Source of the DNA: a bacterium
GTDB taxonomy: Bacteria > Electryoneota > Electryoneia > Electryoneales > Electryoneaceae
DNA length: 59,572 nt
Direction: 5' to 3'
NCBI GenBank assembly: GCA_043801585.1
Contig: JAZDLX010000131.1
Location: forward strand, 1 to 59,572
The notes under the pieces are model-generated. The model searched no databases and was not told where the DNA came from. It saw nothing but the letters and a program-made list of their open reading frames with translations. A program made the translations under genes and the position numbers. Shown here piece after piece: positions 40,026-51,087 of the stretch. Every line of letters starts with the position of its first letter. Position 1 is the stretch's first letter.

Positions 40026-41384
40026 TTACAGTCCGAAGAGAGAATTTGCCAGCACAACCGCCACTGCCAGCGGTGCGATCAACCGTACGGACCACAGCCA
40101 GACATCGTACATCCACGGGCACTTCAACTGAACCATGTACTCCTCACGCACGGCATCCCGGCCCCAGAACCATCCGGCAAAAAGCGAGATCATGATTCCG
40201 CCGACGGGGAGGAGGATGTTCGCGGTGAGTGCGTCAGCGAGGCCGAAGAAGTTTTTTCCGAACAGGGTGAGGCCCGACCAGACCCCGAAGCTTAGCGCGG
40301 ATGGGATGCCGAGCAACGTTGCCGCCAACGCCATCACAATCGCGGCACGGCTTCGCCGCCAACCAAGTTCATCGCTCGCAAACGAAACCATCACCTCGAG
40401 CAGGCTGATCGCGCTCGTTACCGCAGCAATTGTCAGCAGAATGAAGAACAGGGTGGAGAGCAGCGCGCCGAAGGGGAGCTGATGGAACACCAGCGGGAGC
40501 ACTTTGAACGTCAGTCCCGTGCTCTCTGCGGGTGCGAATCCCATCGCGAACACGGCAGGGAAGATCGCTATCCCCGCGAGCAGCGCAATGCCGGTGTCGA
40601 GTGCGGCGATGGTCACCGAGCTCGAAAAGACGTTGGTCTTGCGGTCGAGATAGGAACCGTAGGTGATCATCACGCCCATCCCGAGGCTGAGGCTGTAGAA
40701 CGCCTGGCCCATCGCCTGAAGGATCACTTCCCCATTCAGCTTGCTGAAGTCCGGATTGAACAGGTAGCTGAGTCCTGTCCCCGCACCGGGCAATGTTACC
40801 GAGCGGAAGATCAGCAGGAGCAGGAGCACAAAAAGCGTCGGCATCAGAATTTTCGACCAGCGCTCGATTCCTCCTTGGACACCCTGGCTGACGACAAGCA
40901 GGCAAAGCCCCATGAAGATGACATGGTAAAACACAACGACCGGGCTGTTTGCCAGGAACGCGTCAAAGGCTGCACTCGCTTCGCCCGCTGTCGCCATCTG
41001 GGCGATAAAACCGGTTGCGGATTTCAGCAGGTAAGCAATTGTCCACCCGGCCACCACGGAATAATAGGAGAGGATGATTATCCCGGTGATCACACCAACG
41101 GCACCGACAACCCACCACAGTTTTCTCGGCGCCAGTTTGCGAAAAGCGCCCACTGGATTCAGCCCGCTGGCCCGCCCGATCACCATTTCAGCACCCATGA
41201 TCGGCAGGCCGATGATGATCACGCAGATGATGTAAACGAGCAGGAATGCGAATCCGCCTGACTCACCCAGAACGTAGGGGAAGCGCCAGATGTTGCCCAA
41301 TCCGATGGCGCTGCCGGAAGCGGCGAGAATGAAGCCGAATTTACTCCCCCAGGTCTCCCGCTGCGTCCCGCCTGAGTCCAGCAT
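40026..41384 (-). CDS. Sodium-dependent transporter (NSS/LeuT family)
   Basis: GSAIGLGNIWRFPY, GQAFYSLSLG, TSAISLLE; GGAGGAGG SD. Confidence 0.94.
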   Translation of the reverse strand: MLDSGGTQRETWGSKFGFILAASGSAIGLGNIWRFPYVLGESGGFAFLLVYIICVIIIGLPIMGAEMVIGRASGLNPVGAFRKLAPRKLWWVVGAVGVITGIIILSYYSVVAGWTIAYLLKSATGFIAQMATAGEASAAFDAFLANSPVVVFYHVIFMGLCLLVVSQGVQGGIERWSKILMPTLFVLLLLLIFRSVTLPGAGTGLSYLFNPDFSKLNGEVILQAMGQAFYSLSLGMGVMITYGSYLDRKTNVFSSSVTIAALDTGIALLAGIAIFPAVFAMGFAPAESTGLTFKVLPLVFHQLPFGALLSTLFFILLTIAAVTSAISLLEVMVSFASDELGWRRSRAAIVMALAATLLGIPSALSFGVWSGLTLFGKNFFGLADALTANILLPVGGIMISLFAGWFWGRDAVREEYMVQLKCPWMYDVWLWSVRLIAPLAVAVVLANSLFGL

Positions 41385-41646
41385 ACCTCCTCCTCGTTGA
41401 TCGCGTTTCCCCATCAGATTGTGCGGCAATGTACGGCCCGTCTGAAAAACCCTGCAACCGAACCGTTATGTCACGCCAAATCTCATGGAAACAATCCTCA
41501 GGAGCGAATTGGAGCAGGGTGGAAAATCTTCTCGTCTCCTGCAATTGTCTCTCGAGTCAAAAAACCGAATTCTAACTCCTTGATAAAACGTAAGTATAGA
41601 TGATAACTGAACAAATGAATCATTTCCTCTCGAGGCGGAGAAGTCG

Positions 41647-41720
41647 TTGACAAGGGTGCCAAGGGGGAGTAATTTGGAGCAAAAATAGAGCGAAGTGGAG
41701 CAATTTGGAGTACTTGCGGT
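41647..41720 (+). promoter_or_regulatory. dcw promoter with ~10-bp periodic MraZ-type boxes
   Basis: TTGACA(41647)-N17-TAATTT; GGGAG/TGGAG/TAGAG/TGGAG/TGGAG at 41665, 41675, 41686, 41696, 41706. Confidence 0.75.
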
Positions 41721-41741
41721 TCCACGTTGCGACCCGGGAGG

Positions 41742-42227
41742 ATGAAGGTGAGTTTTTTCTACCAGCATCACCACAACACACTCGACGAGAAGGGGCGGAT
41801 CTTCATGCCCGCCGCTTTTCGCCGTGATGCCCCTCCCGACGTCCTTGCGGGTGAATTCCTCGTAACCCCGGAACCCGACGGCCACCTCATCGTTCGCCCC
41901 AAGGTCGTATGGGACGCTTTTATCGAGGAGATCCGAACACAGCCCGGCCTGTCTCGCGGTGAGCGTAATGAGTTGTTGACGGTGATGTACAGCCTCGCCC
42001 AGATCGCTTCGGTCGACAGGCAGAATCGTCTGGTTCTCACTCCGCAAACTCGGAAAGCGCTCGGTATCACGCCGGAAGAGGGAAAAGTCGAGCTGATCCT
42101 CGTGGGTGCGGGCACTCAATTCGAAATCTGGCGTGCGGACCGTTGGGCGGGCGAGGAGGTCATGCTTCAACGCGCCGGTGAACTGCTCGACAAGTTCAAT
42201 TCCTTTGTCGATCCCGGACACTTGTGA
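41742..42227 (+). CDS. mraZ: Transcriptional repressor MraZ
   Basis: LDEKGRIFMP, VDRQNRL, FEIW. Confidence 0.93.
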   Translation: MKVSFFYQHHHNTLDEKGRIFMPAAFRRDAPPDVLAGEFLVTPEPDGHLIVRPKVVWDAFIEEIRTQPGLSRGERNELLTVMYSLAQIASVDRQNRLVLTPQTRKALGITPEEGKVELILVGAGTQFEIWRADRWAGEEVMLQRAGELLDKFNSFVDPGHL

Positions 42228-42234
42228 GGCACCC

Positions 42235-43152
42235 GTGAACTACCGCCCTCACATGCCGGTGATGGTTCACGAGGTGACGGAGGTGCTGGTGGTGAATCCT
42301 TCGGGCACCTATCTCGATGCGACTGCAGGTGGTGGCGGACACACGGCGGCGATTCTCGACCGTCTCGACGGACGTGGCCGTGTCGTCGCTCTCGACCGTG
42401 ACAGTGACGCACTCGAAACGCTTCAATTCCGCTTTATCAACGAACCGCGGGTTTCGGTCATTGCAGGCAATTTTCGTGACATCGGCAGGTTGAAGGAGGT
42501 CAGGGGCAACGCGCCCTATTCCGGCATGCTGTTCGATTTCGGTTTGTCCAGTCACCAGATCGACGAACCCAGACGCGGTTTCTCATTTCAGATGGACGGT
42601 CCGTTGGACATGCGAATGGATCGGTTTCTTCAGCGTACGGCGGCGGAGGTGGTGAACGGGTTGCCGCTGAGTGAGTTGATAACAGTGCTGCGTGAATTTG
42701 GCGAGGTGCGCTCGCCGGGAAAAGTGGCGGAAAGGATCATCAGGGCCCGGCCACTGGCAACGACGGTTGAGCTGGCGAACGTGGTATCACCGGGACCGCG
42801 GCGTGATGTCAAACTTCTCTCGCAGGTCTTCCAGGCGATTCGCATCGAGGTCAACGGCGAGCTGGCCGCCATCGACGAAGCCCTCGCCGCTTCGATCGAT
42901 CTGCTCGAGATTGGCGGGCGGTTGGTCACGCTTTCCTATCACAGCCTTGAGGACCGCCGTGCGAAACGGTTTATCCGCCGCGAATCGGGGGAGGCGGTTG
43001 AAGAACGCGGAGTGCCGGTCGAATTGAGGGGTCAATCGCGAATCCGTCTGCGCGCTGTCGAACGTAGGGCTCGCGAAGCGTCCGATGGTGAAACGGCAGT
43101 GAATCCCCGTGCGCGAAGCGCACGGATGAGAATGGCAGAGAGGGTGGCATGA
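42235..43152 (+). CDS. rsmH: 16S rRNA C1402 methyltransferase
   Basis: HMPV, DATAGGGGH, PLDMRMD, YHSLEDR, NPRARSA. Confidence 0.96.
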   Translation: MNYRPHMPVMVHEVTEVLVVNPSGTYLDATAGGGGHTAAILDRLDGRGRVVALDRDSDALETLQFRFINEPRVSVIAGNFRDIGRLKEVRGNAPYSGMLFDFGLSSHQIDEPRRGFSFQMDGPLDMRMDRFLQRTAAEVVNGLPLSELITVLREFGEVRSPGKVAERIIRARPLATTVELANVVSPGPRRDVKLLSQVFQAIRIEVNGELAAIDEALAASIDLLEIGGRLVTLSYHSLEDRRAKRFIRRESGEAVEERGVPVELRGQSRIRLRAVERRAREASDGETAVNPRARSARMRMAERVA

Positions 43153-43565
43153 CCGCATCGCGTAAATCGGGATTTCGACCCGTGTTGCCCTACCGGTCTC
43201 ATCGAGGATGGCTGGCGCTCATCCTGATGCTCCTCTTCGCGCTGGCCGTCGGGAATGTTTACCTCAGCGTTCAGCGCGTCCGCTATGGAAAAGAAATCCA
43301 GGAGTTGAAACGGAGCGTGTCGAATTTGGGCAGTGAAGTCCGGGATCTGCAGGGGCAGAAAGCGACGTTGACCTCCCTCGCATCCATCGAATCGAAAGCG
43401 ATGAGCATGGGCATGGTCTATCCGCGCAAGCTGCCTCGACTGCTCCTGGTCCCGGTCGACGCTGAGGATATCCCACCGACCTGGTCATCCACCGCCACGA
43501 AACGTGTTCCCGAGGGTGTCGATCTTCCGCCGCCCTCTCTTGCCATGGTGGAGGAGGGGCGATGA
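43149..43565 (+). CDS. ftsL: Cell division protein FtsL
   Basis: TM + coiled coil + MGM; position between rsmH and ftsI. Confidence 0.8.
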   Translation: MTASRKSGFRPVLPYRSHRGWLALILMLLFALAVGNVYLSVQRVRYGKEIQELKRSVSNLGSEVRDLQGQKATLTSLASIESKAMSMGMVYPRKLPRLLLVPVDAEDIPPTWSSTATKRVPEGVDLPPPSLAMVEEGR

Positions 43566-45715
43566 ACAAACGTCCTTTGATCAATCCGCTGCCGGGTCCT
43601 CCGCGGCCGCTTTCGAGAGGGCGGCTCTTCGCGGTCTTTGTGGGAATGCTGTTCCTGGCAGGTCTCACGGTAATGCGGCTGATCGACCTGCAGGTGATAC
43701 ACCATTCCGCCTATGTGGAACGGGCGAACGAGCAGTACACCAACCGCCGGCCCATCGAGCCGGAACGCGGAGGTGTGTTTGACCGTCGCGGGAACGCGCT
43801 GGTGGTGAATCTCCCCAACTACTGGTCTGTTGGTGTCCGTCCTTCCGGTGTCGAGGATGCGGACGTTCTCTCCAGCCAACTCGCCGACATCCTGCATCTC
43901 GACCCAAGCTCCGTGCGGTCGGCGCTTGGCCGCAAGTCCCCCTTCGTCTGGGTGGACCGCAAGGTGGATCCTCACTCGGCAGACCTGATCCGCGGGCTCG
44001 GGCGGCGTGAAATCGGACTTCAGCGCTCGACGCTGCGTCGCTATCCCTTTGGGAGTATCGGCGGGCAGGTGATTGGTTTTGTGAATATCGACAACGTTGG
44101 CGCTGGCGGAACCGAGATGCGGTTCAACGACATCCTCTCCGGCATGCCCGGCTGGGAGGTGCTTCAGAAAGATGCCTGGCGCCGCGAGATTGTCGATCCC
44201 AAATATCCTCGCCAGGCGGCTCTCGACGGCGGAAAAGTCGTTCTGTCCATTGACATCAACGCTCAGGCGATCGCCGAGGAAGAGCTGGAAGAGGCCGTCA
44301 AGGTGCACCATGCTGCAGGTGGAATGATTGTCGTCACCCGTCCGGCGACCGGTGAGATTCTTGCAATCGCCTCCTCGCCCCGTTTCGATCCCAACGACCC
44401 GGGCGTGGTGGACGCCTCGTATCGAAAGAACCGTGCCATCACCGATGTCTTCGAACCGGGAAGCACGTTCAAGGTCGTCGCTTTCGCAGGTGTCCTCGAG
44501 ATGGACATCGCCGATATCGACGAATTGATCTGGTGCGAGAACGGTTCCTGGCGCACCTGGGATCGTACGATTCGTGATACCCACCGCAACGGCTGGTTGA
44601 CGGCTCGCCAGGTGTTGTCGAAATCCTCGAACATTGGAACGGCGAAACTCGCCGGACGCCTCAGTCCTCGAACCTTCTACACGATCATGCGTGACTTTGG
44701 ATTCGGGCAGGAAACCAGTATCGAGCTTCCCGGCGAGGTCCGCGGAATTCTGCCGACGCCGAACGAATGGTCGGGAGTCACCCAGGCAAACATGGCGATG
44801 GGGCATGGCATCGCAGTGACCGCATTACAAGTCGCGATGGCCTATGGAGCGATTGCCAACGACGGCTGGATGATGAAGCCGATGCTCGTCCTCTCGGCGA
44901 CCGATCAGCAGGGGAGAATTGAGCTGCGCGAGCCGGTGCGTGTCCGCCGTGTTCTTAGTCCGGCGACGGCTCGCACAATGCGCCGGTTGCTGACGGATGC
45001 CGTCGAGCTGGGAACTGGACGCGATGCGATCATCGAGGGGATGAATGTGGCCGGCAAAACCGGCACGGCACAGAAAGTGGATCTCGAGCACCGCACTTAT
45101 TTCCAGGATCGCTACGTCAGTTCATTTGCCGGTTTCGTTCCCGCTGAGAAGCCTGAATTGCTGGCTGTCGTTGTAATCGACGATCCGCGAGGGGATCACT
45201 ACGGCGGCACCATCGCCGCCCCTGTTTTCCGCGATGTGATCGAACGTCTTCTCGTGGTGGTGCCTCGCCAGGAGCCGGATCTCGAAGACGGTGATCTCGA
45301 TTCGCGGCAACTGGTCGAAAGTCATGACAAAGTTCCGATGCCCTCGCTGCTTTCGCTTTCCCGTGAGGAAGCTTCGGTGCTGCTGGTTTCACTTGGATTA
45401 CATCCGGTTTTTGAGGGAGAAGGCGGATTCATCGCGATGCAGTCGATTCCCGCCGGCGTGGATATCACCAAGGGTACGTCCGTGGAGTTGACGCTCTCGA
45501 AAGCGGACGGTCGCAAATCGGATCGGATCAAAGTCCCGGATGTGCGCGGGATGGCGCTTCGCCAGGCTGTTGCGGAGATGACGCGAAATGGACTTCGGGT
45601 TCGTGTGCAGGGGTCCGGCAGTGTCGTCGGGCAATCCCTGAATCCGGGAGAAATGGCAAACGAGGGTTCCGTCTGCACGTTAACAGCAGAGCCAGGTTCA
45701 GGGGTCTCCTCATGA
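43562..45715 (+). CDS. ftsI: Class B penicillin-binding protein with two PASTA domains
   Basis: RRYPFG, EPGSTFK, SSN, KTGT; C-terminal PASTA repeats. Confidence 0.94.
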   Translation: MNKRPLINPLPGPPRPLSRGRLFAVFVGMLFLAGLTVMRLIDLQVIHHSAYVERANEQYTNRRPIEPERGGVFDRRGNALVVNLPNYWSVGVRPSGVEDADVLSSQLADILHLDPSSVRSALGRKSPFVWVDRKVDPHSADLIRGLGRREIGLQRSTLRRYPFGSIGGQVIGFVNIDNVGAGGTEMRFNDILSGMPGWEVLQKDAWRREIVDPKYPRQAALDGGKVVLSIDINAQAIAEEELEEAVKVHHAAGGMIVVTRPATGEILAIASSPRFDPNDPGVVDASYRKNRAITDVFEPGSTFKVVAFAGVLEMDIADIDELIWCENGSWRTWDRTIRDTHRNGWLTARQVLSKSSNIGTAKLAGRLSPRTFYTIMRDFGFGQETSIELPGEVRGILPTPNEWSGVTQANMAMGHGIAVTALQVAMAYGAIANDGWMMKPMLVLSATDQQGRIELREPVRVRRVLSPATARTMRRLLTDAVELGTGRDAIIEGMNVAGKTGTAQKVDLEHRTYFQDRYVSSFAGFVPAEKPELLAVVVIDDPRGDHYGGTIAAPVFRDVIERLLVVVPRQEPDLEDGDLDSRQLVESHDKVPMPSLLSLSREEASVLLVSLGLHPVFEGEGGFIAMQSIPAGVDITKGTSVELTLSKADGRKSDRIKVPDVRGMALRQAVAEMTRNGLRVRVQGSGSVVGQSLNPGEMANEGSVCTLTAEPGSGVSS

Positions 45716-47163
45716 TTCTTCACGACCTCATCAAACATATCCCGGGAGCCCGATTAATCGGTGATGGAACGGTGGGTGTACATCTGCCGAAATATGATTC
45801 CCGTCTTGTCAAACCGGGTGATCTGTTCTGCGCACTCCGCGGTGAACAAGTCGATGGAAACCGTTACGTGGAAACCGCGGTCAAGGCCGGTGCGACGGCG
45901 GTCCTGACGGCTTACCCGACTTCCGATCCGGGTGTGCCGACGATTTATGTCCAGAGCGACCGGGAAGGGATGGCCTACGCTTCGCATGCACTCTACGGCG
46001 ATCCGACATCACGGGTGAAGATCATCGGTGTTACCGGGACCAACGGGAAAACGACGACGACTCATATCCTCCAGTCGATCATCAACGCTGCGGGAGGGCG
46101 TTGTGGCAGGATCGGCACCGTCGGCTGGGAGTTTAGCGGAAAAAGCAAACCGCTTGCGCGAACCACCCCGGAAGCACCTGACCTGCTGGGGGTGATCGCG
46201 GACATGGAGGACGCTGGTGCGACCCACATCGCGATGGAGGTGACCAGCATTGCAATGCCGATGAAACGGGTCGAAGGGTTCAAATGGACGGCTGGTCTGT
46301 TCATGAATCTCTCCCAGGATCATCTCGATCTGCACGGTACGATGGAGGAGTACTTCCTCGCAAAAAAGACGTTCTTCAAGGATTTGCCGGAACCCGCTTC
46401 CGCAATCGCGAATGCCGACGATCCCTATGGGAATCGAATCCTGCAGGGTATTTCGGCCCGCTGCGTGAGGTACTCGCTGGTGGAACATGCGGATGTCGTT
46501 GGCGAAATCATCCGTGAGGGGAACGAAGGTCTGACGATTTCCATTACCTATCTCGAAGGATGTTTCGAGGTGACAGCACCCTACGTGGGGCGCTTCAACG
46601 CTGAAAACGTGCTCGGAGCGGTGGCGACGGCCCTGATGCTTGGAATTTCACCGAAGCAAATCCAGAGGGGGGTTGCCGGAGCTCCCCAGGTGCGCGGGAG
46701 GATGGAGCGACTGCTGCTCGGAAGTAGCGTGACGGCTGTTGTTGACTATGCACACACTCCTGCCGCGCTGGAACGTGCCTTGCTGGCCTTGCGTCCGATG
46801 ACTCGCGGAAAACTGATTGTCGTCTTTGGCGCGGGCGGCGACCGTGACCGGCAGAAACGTGCGGTCATGGGTCAGGTCGCAGCGGAAAACGCGGATCGAG
46901 TCATCGTCACCAGCGACAATCCGCGGTCTGAAGATCCGGATGCAATCATCGAGGAGATTCTTGAAGGCGCCAAAGGAAAACATGTCGTTTCCGTACCGGA
47001 TCGAAAAGAGGCGATTGTCCATGCGCTCGAAATCGCCAGGAAGGGCGACGTTGTCCTCGTTGCGGGGAAGGGGCATGAGACCTATCAGGAGATCAACGGG
47101 GTCAGGCATCCTTTCGACGATCGGGAAGAAGTGCTGAAAGCGGGGGCGGAGGTGTCATGCTGA
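45712..47163 (+). CDS. murE: MurE (meso-DAP type)
   Basis: GTNGKTT, DYAHTP, DNPR, GKGHE. Confidence 0.96.
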   Translation: MILHDLIKHIPGARLIGDGTVGVHLPKYDSRLVKPGDLFCALRGEQVDGNRYVETAVKAGATAVLTAYPTSDPGVPTIYVQSDREGMAYASHALYGDPTSRVKIIGVTGTNGKTTTTHILQSIINAAGGRCGRIGTVGWEFSGKSKPLARTTPEAPDLLGVIADMEDAGATHIAMEVTSIAMPMKRVEGFKWTAGLFMNLSQDHLDLHGTMEEYFLAKKTFFKDLPEPASAIANADDPYGNRILQGISARCVRYSLVEHADVVGEIIREGNEGLTISITYLEGCFEVTAPYVGRFNAENVLGAVATALMLGISPKQIQRGVAGAPQVRGRMERLLLGSSVTAVVDYAHTPAALERALLALRPMTRGKLIVVFGAGGDRDRQKRAVMGQVAAENADRVIVTSDNPRSEDPDAIIEEILEGAKGKHVVSVPDRKEAIVHALEIARKGDVVLVAGKGHETYQEINGVRHPFDDREEVLKAGAEVSC

Positions 47164-48566
47164 TCAGCCGCGAAATGCTCGAGCGAGTGGAAATCGAGGT
47201 CCGTGGCGACTGGGATGAGTGGCTCTCCCTGGTAACCATCGATTCCCGCGCGGTCGAGAGCGGCTGTCTTTTCTGGGCGCTCCCAGGTTCAAAAAAACAC
47301 GGGCAGGACTTTGTCGAAAACGCGTTTGCAGCAGGAGCAAAGATCGTCGCCGTCGAGCGGAAATGGGCGGATGCGCACTCCCCGGTGTTGACCGGGAAAG
47401 CCCACTTCGTAATGAAGGACACGCTGAAAGGGCTTCAGAATCTCGCACGTGAGATTCGCGGAAGTGTTGGTGCTCAGGTTCTGGCAATCACCGGGAGCAA
47501 CGGGAAAACGACAACGAAGGAGCTCGCCGCCGCAGCACTCGAAACAGCAGGAACTACCTCCGCCTCGCAGGGCAATTACAACAACCACATCGGACTGCCT
47601 CTGACCCTGCTCAATCTCAAAGGAGATGAAGCGTTTGTCGTGCTCGAGATGGGTGCCAATCACGTTGGTGAAATTGCCGCCCTCTGTGAGATCGGTCATC
47701 CTGAATTAGGGTTGATCACCAATATCGGCGACGCCCATGTCGGTGAATTTGGCGGGTACGCAAAGCTGCAGATGGCGAAAGGGGAGTTGTTCGATTTTCT
47801 CGGCGCCAATGACAGCCTCGCGGTGGTCAACCTCGATGATCCAAAAGTCGTGCAGGAATCGAGAAAGGTTCCCCGCAAGGTTGGTTACACGCTGCACGAA
47901 GCGGGTGGATCGTGGACCGGTTCGATCTATCAGGGACGGATCGTTGAAAGGGATGCCTGGTCGAGAACCACGTTCGAAGTGGATGGATTGAAGGCAAAGC
48001 TTCGGCTTCCCGGAAGCCATTGGACTTCCTTGGCATTGGGAGCCTTTGCCGCGGCGATGGAGATGGGGGTCGATCCTTCGCTTGCGATGGCCTCGATCAG
48101 CGCGGTGGAACCCCTTGAAGGACGCGGACACATTCTCGATCTCGGGGATGGTATTGAACTTCTGGATGATGCCTACAACGCCAATAAAGCATCAATCGTA
48201 TCCGTTCTTGAAACTCTTTCGAAACGTCCCGGGAAACGTATTGCGGTTCTCGGTGACATTCTTGAGCTGGGAGAATGGGAAGAGGAGGAGCACCGGAAGA
48301 TCGGCCAGTTGAAGTCTCTGGCAACCATCGACAGGGTTTATTTCGTCGGCAAGAGAATGGCCCTTGCTGCAGAAGAGGCAGAACAAGCCGGGCATGCCGG
48401 AGTGGTGAAGGTGTACGAGGATGAGGTCGTCGATCTGTCGAATCGCATTGTCAAAGAACTTGAGTCGGGAGCGGGAGTGATTGTCAAGGGCTCTCGTCTG
48501 ATGGGGTTGGACAGGGTCGTAAAGGGGTTGACAGATCTGCGAAGCGTGGCCGGAGGAAAACGATGA
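47157..48566 (+). CDS. murF: MurF
   Basis: GSNGKTTTKE, NNHIGLP, EMG, DAYNAN, KGSR. Confidence 0.96.
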   Translation: MLISREMLERVEIEVRGDWDEWLSLVTIDSRAVESGCLFWALPGSKKHGQDFVENAFAAGAKIVAVERKWADAHSPVLTGKAHFVMKDTLKGLQNLAREIRGSVGAQVLAITGSNGKTTTKELAAAALETAGTTSASQGNYNNHIGLPLTLLNLKGDEAFVVLEMGANHVGEIAALCEIGHPELGLITNIGDAHVGEFGGYAKLQMAKGELFDFLGANDSLAVVNLDDPKVVQESRKVPRKVGYTLHEAGGSWTGSIYQGRIVERDAWSRTTFEVDGLKAKLRLPGSHWTSLALGAFAAAMEMGVDPSLAMASISAVEPLEGRGHILDLGDGIELLDDAYNANKASIVSVLETLSKRPGKRIAVLGDILELGEWEEEEHRKIGQLKSLATIDRVYFVGKRMALAAEEAEQAGHAGVVKVYEDEVVDLSNRIVKELESGAGVIVKGSRLMGLDRVVKGLTDLRSVAGGKR

Positions 48567-49936
48567 ACGCGTTCCGTTCGGCGGATGAACTCCAGGGGAA
48601 ACCAGCGCTCGTGCTTGGAATGGGGCGTAGCGGCATGGCCGCCGTGCGCCTGCTCCATGCCATTGGCGCGAAGGTCCATGTGAGTGAATCACGGCCTGCG
48701 GATCAGGTGAAATCGGAAATTGAGGAGCTCTCCGGACTCGGCGTTCCGTTTGAAACGGGTGGACACATTCTCAAGGCTTTTCCGCTTCCGGATGTCGCTG
48801 TTATCAGTCCCGGGATGTCCCTGAACGTTTCCGTGATCAAGCGGCTCAGGGATGAGGGAAGGCCGATTGTCAGCGAGATCGAACTTGCGAGCTGGCTTTA
48901 TATCGGCACCATTGTCGCGGTCACCGGAAGCAACGGTAAAACGACTACAACCCTTTGGATCGAACACGTGTTGCGTCAGGCGGGACTGGATGCGGTCGCC
49001 TGCGGAAACGTCGGCTACCCCTTCAGCGATCTGGTGCGAGAACATCCGAAGACGACGCATGCAATTGTCGAGGTGTCTTCGTACCAGCTCGAGACGATTC
49101 TGACGTTTCGTCCGCATGTCAGCGTGCTGACAAATATCACCCCCGATCACCTGACTCGTCACCTTGACCTTGAGGGGTACGCCAGGGCGAAGGCTCGGCT
49201 CTGGATGAACCAGGAGCATTCGGATTGGGCGGTGCTTCCGGAAGGCGATCCGCTGATTGCGAGAATCGCTACGTCGATCCGGCCGCAAAAAGTGCCGGTG
49301 AGTCTTGATGCCTGTCCGGTGGGTGGAGCGGGACTGGAGGACGGCATCCTCTGGCTGCAGATGAACGGAGAGCGGGAGAGAGTTGTTGGACTGAACGAAT
49401 TGCCGATCCCCGGAATGCACAACGCCGCCAACGCGCTCTGCGCTGCCGCGGCGTGCCGGGTTCTCCAGTTGACCACCGATGACATCGCGGCCGGGCTCAG
49501 GACGTTCTCCGGCGTTCCGCACCGTCTCGAGATGGTTGGGCAGAACGGTCGCATCTGGGTGAACGACAGCAAGGCGACGAATGTGGACAGCGTTCGTGTC
49601 GCCCTCGAAGCGGTGAAAAAACCAGTCTGGTTGATCGCGGGTGGTCAGGACAAGCTGTCGCCCTATGAACCGTTGCGTGCCCTCGTCGCCGAAAAAGTGA
49701 CGCGGCTTCTGACAATTGGAGAAGGAGCGGAACGGCTTGAGCGCGAGCTGGGGAATGTGGTTCCCTTCCAGCGCTGCGGAACTCTTGAGGCGGCGGTGGA
49801 CTTCGCATCGGTTGAAGCAGAGATCGGTGTGACGGTGCTGCTTTCACCGGGCTGCGCGAGTTTCGACCAGTTTAGAAATTTTGAAGAGCGTGGTGAACGG
49901 TTCCGGGCTCTCGTCCGAGAGGTGGTGAAGAGATGA
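48563..49936 (+). CDS. murD: MurD
   Basis: GSNGKTTT, EVSSYQL, NDSKATN, SPGCASFDQF. Confidence 0.96.
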   Translation: MNAFRSADELQGKPALVLGMGRSGMAAVRLLHAIGAKVHVSESRPADQVKSEIEELSGLGVPFETGGHILKAFPLPDVAVISPGMSLNVSVIKRLRDEGRPIVSEIELASWLYIGTIVAVTGSNGKTTTTLWIEHVLRQAGLDAVACGNVGYPFSDLVREHPKTTHAIVEVSSYQLETILTFRPHVSVLTNITPDHLTRHLDLEGYARAKARLWMNQEHSDWAVLPEGDPLIARIATSIRPQKVPVSLDACPVGGAGLEDGILWLQMNGERERVVGLNELPIPGMHNAANALCAAAACRVLQLTTDDIAAGLRTFSGVPHRLEMVGQNGRIWVNDSKATNVDSVRVALEAVKKPVWLIAGGQDKLSPYEPLRALVAEKVTRLLTIGEGAERLERELGNVVPFQRCGTLEAAVDFASVEAEIGVTVLLSPGCASFDQFRNFEERGERFRALVREVVKR

Positions 49937-51087
49937 ACGCAACGGGCATGACACCTGCGAGGCGGGGGATGAACATGGACCGCGGGCTGCTGATGGTCAT
50001 CGCGGCTCTGACGGTAATCGGTGTGATTACGGTGTATTCAGCAGGAAGCGAACGGAGCATGGCGTTGTATGGCAGTCCCCACACGATGTTCCTCAACCAG
50101 TTGTCTCGAGCGATGCTTGGCTTTCTGTTACTGCTGATCACTGCACATGTTCCCTATAGCATCTGGAACCGTCTCGCCTGGCCGGCTGTCGGGATAGCGA
50201 GTGCACTACTGCTGATGCTCTTCGTCAGTACTCACGCAGTGACCAGCAAGGGTGCAACTCGTTGGCTGACCCTCGGCCCGATCCGTTTCCAACCCTCCGA
50301 AATCGCGAGATACGCTGCCGTGATTTTCATTGCCGCTTGGGCGGCCCGCAAAGGGCAGTTGATGGAGCGGATGGTAGATGGGATTGTCGTCCCGCTTTCC
50401 GTGATGGGTGCGATGGCGGCGTTGATTCTCCTGCAACCAGATTTTTCCACGGCGGCGTTGCTGATTGTGACCGTTATGATGATCCTGTTCATCTCGGGTG
50501 CGCGGCTTTCGCACATGGCGATGATTTTCTCCCCGCTGTCCCTGATCGCGTTCGTCGCGATCTGGGTTTCGGATTATAAACGGGAACGAATCCTCTCGTT
50601 CCTGGCGCCGTTCAAGGATCCCACGAACGCGAACTACCAGAGCCTGCAATCGTGGATCGGGCTTGGCCGTGGCGGGATCTTCGGTGTTGGTCTCGGGGGA
50701 AGCCGGCAGAAACTGTTCTTCCTCCCCGATGCGCACACCGACTTCATCTACTCGATTGTCGGTGAGGAATGGGGATTGATCGGAACGGTTGGCTTGCTGG
50801 TCCTGTTCCTCATCCTCATTCTCCGCGGATTCCGGATCGCATCGCGCTGCCAGGACCCGTTCGGGAGTTACCTCGCGGCGGGGATCACGTTTTCTATTGG
50901 CCTCTACGCGCTGGTGAACATGGGCATCGCCGTCGGGTTGCTCCCCTCAACGGGGCTTCCGCTGCCGTTGATCAGTTACGGCGGCACATCGTTGATGATG
51001 ACCCTCGCCGCACTCGGAATCGTGCTCAATATCTCCCGTTACCAGTCTGACCGGCCGGTTCGCGCGGCAGCGGGGAGGGGACGTTGA
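49933..51087 (+). CDS. ftsW: SEDS glycosyltransferase FtsW
   Basis: QPSE, QPDF, HTDFI, GEEWG, ISYGG. Confidence 0.96.
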   Translation: MNATGMTPARRGMNMDRGLLMVIAALTVIGVITVYSAGSERSMALYGSPHTMFLNQLSRAMLGFLLLLITAHVPYSIWNRLAWPAVGIASALLLMLFVSTHAVTSKGATRWLTLGPIRFQPSEIARYAAVIFIAAWAARKGQLMERMVDGIVVPLSVMGAMAALILLQPDFSTAALLIVTVMMILFISGARLSHMAMIFSPLSLIAFVAIWVSDYKRERILSFLAPFKDPTNANYQSLQSWIGLGRGGIFGVGLGGSRQKLFFLPDAHTDFIYSIVGEEWGLIGTVGLLVLFLILILRGFRIASRCQDPFGSYLAAGITFSIGLYALVNMGIAVGLLPSTGLPLPLISYGGTSLMMTLAALGIVLNISRYQSDRPVRAAAGRGR

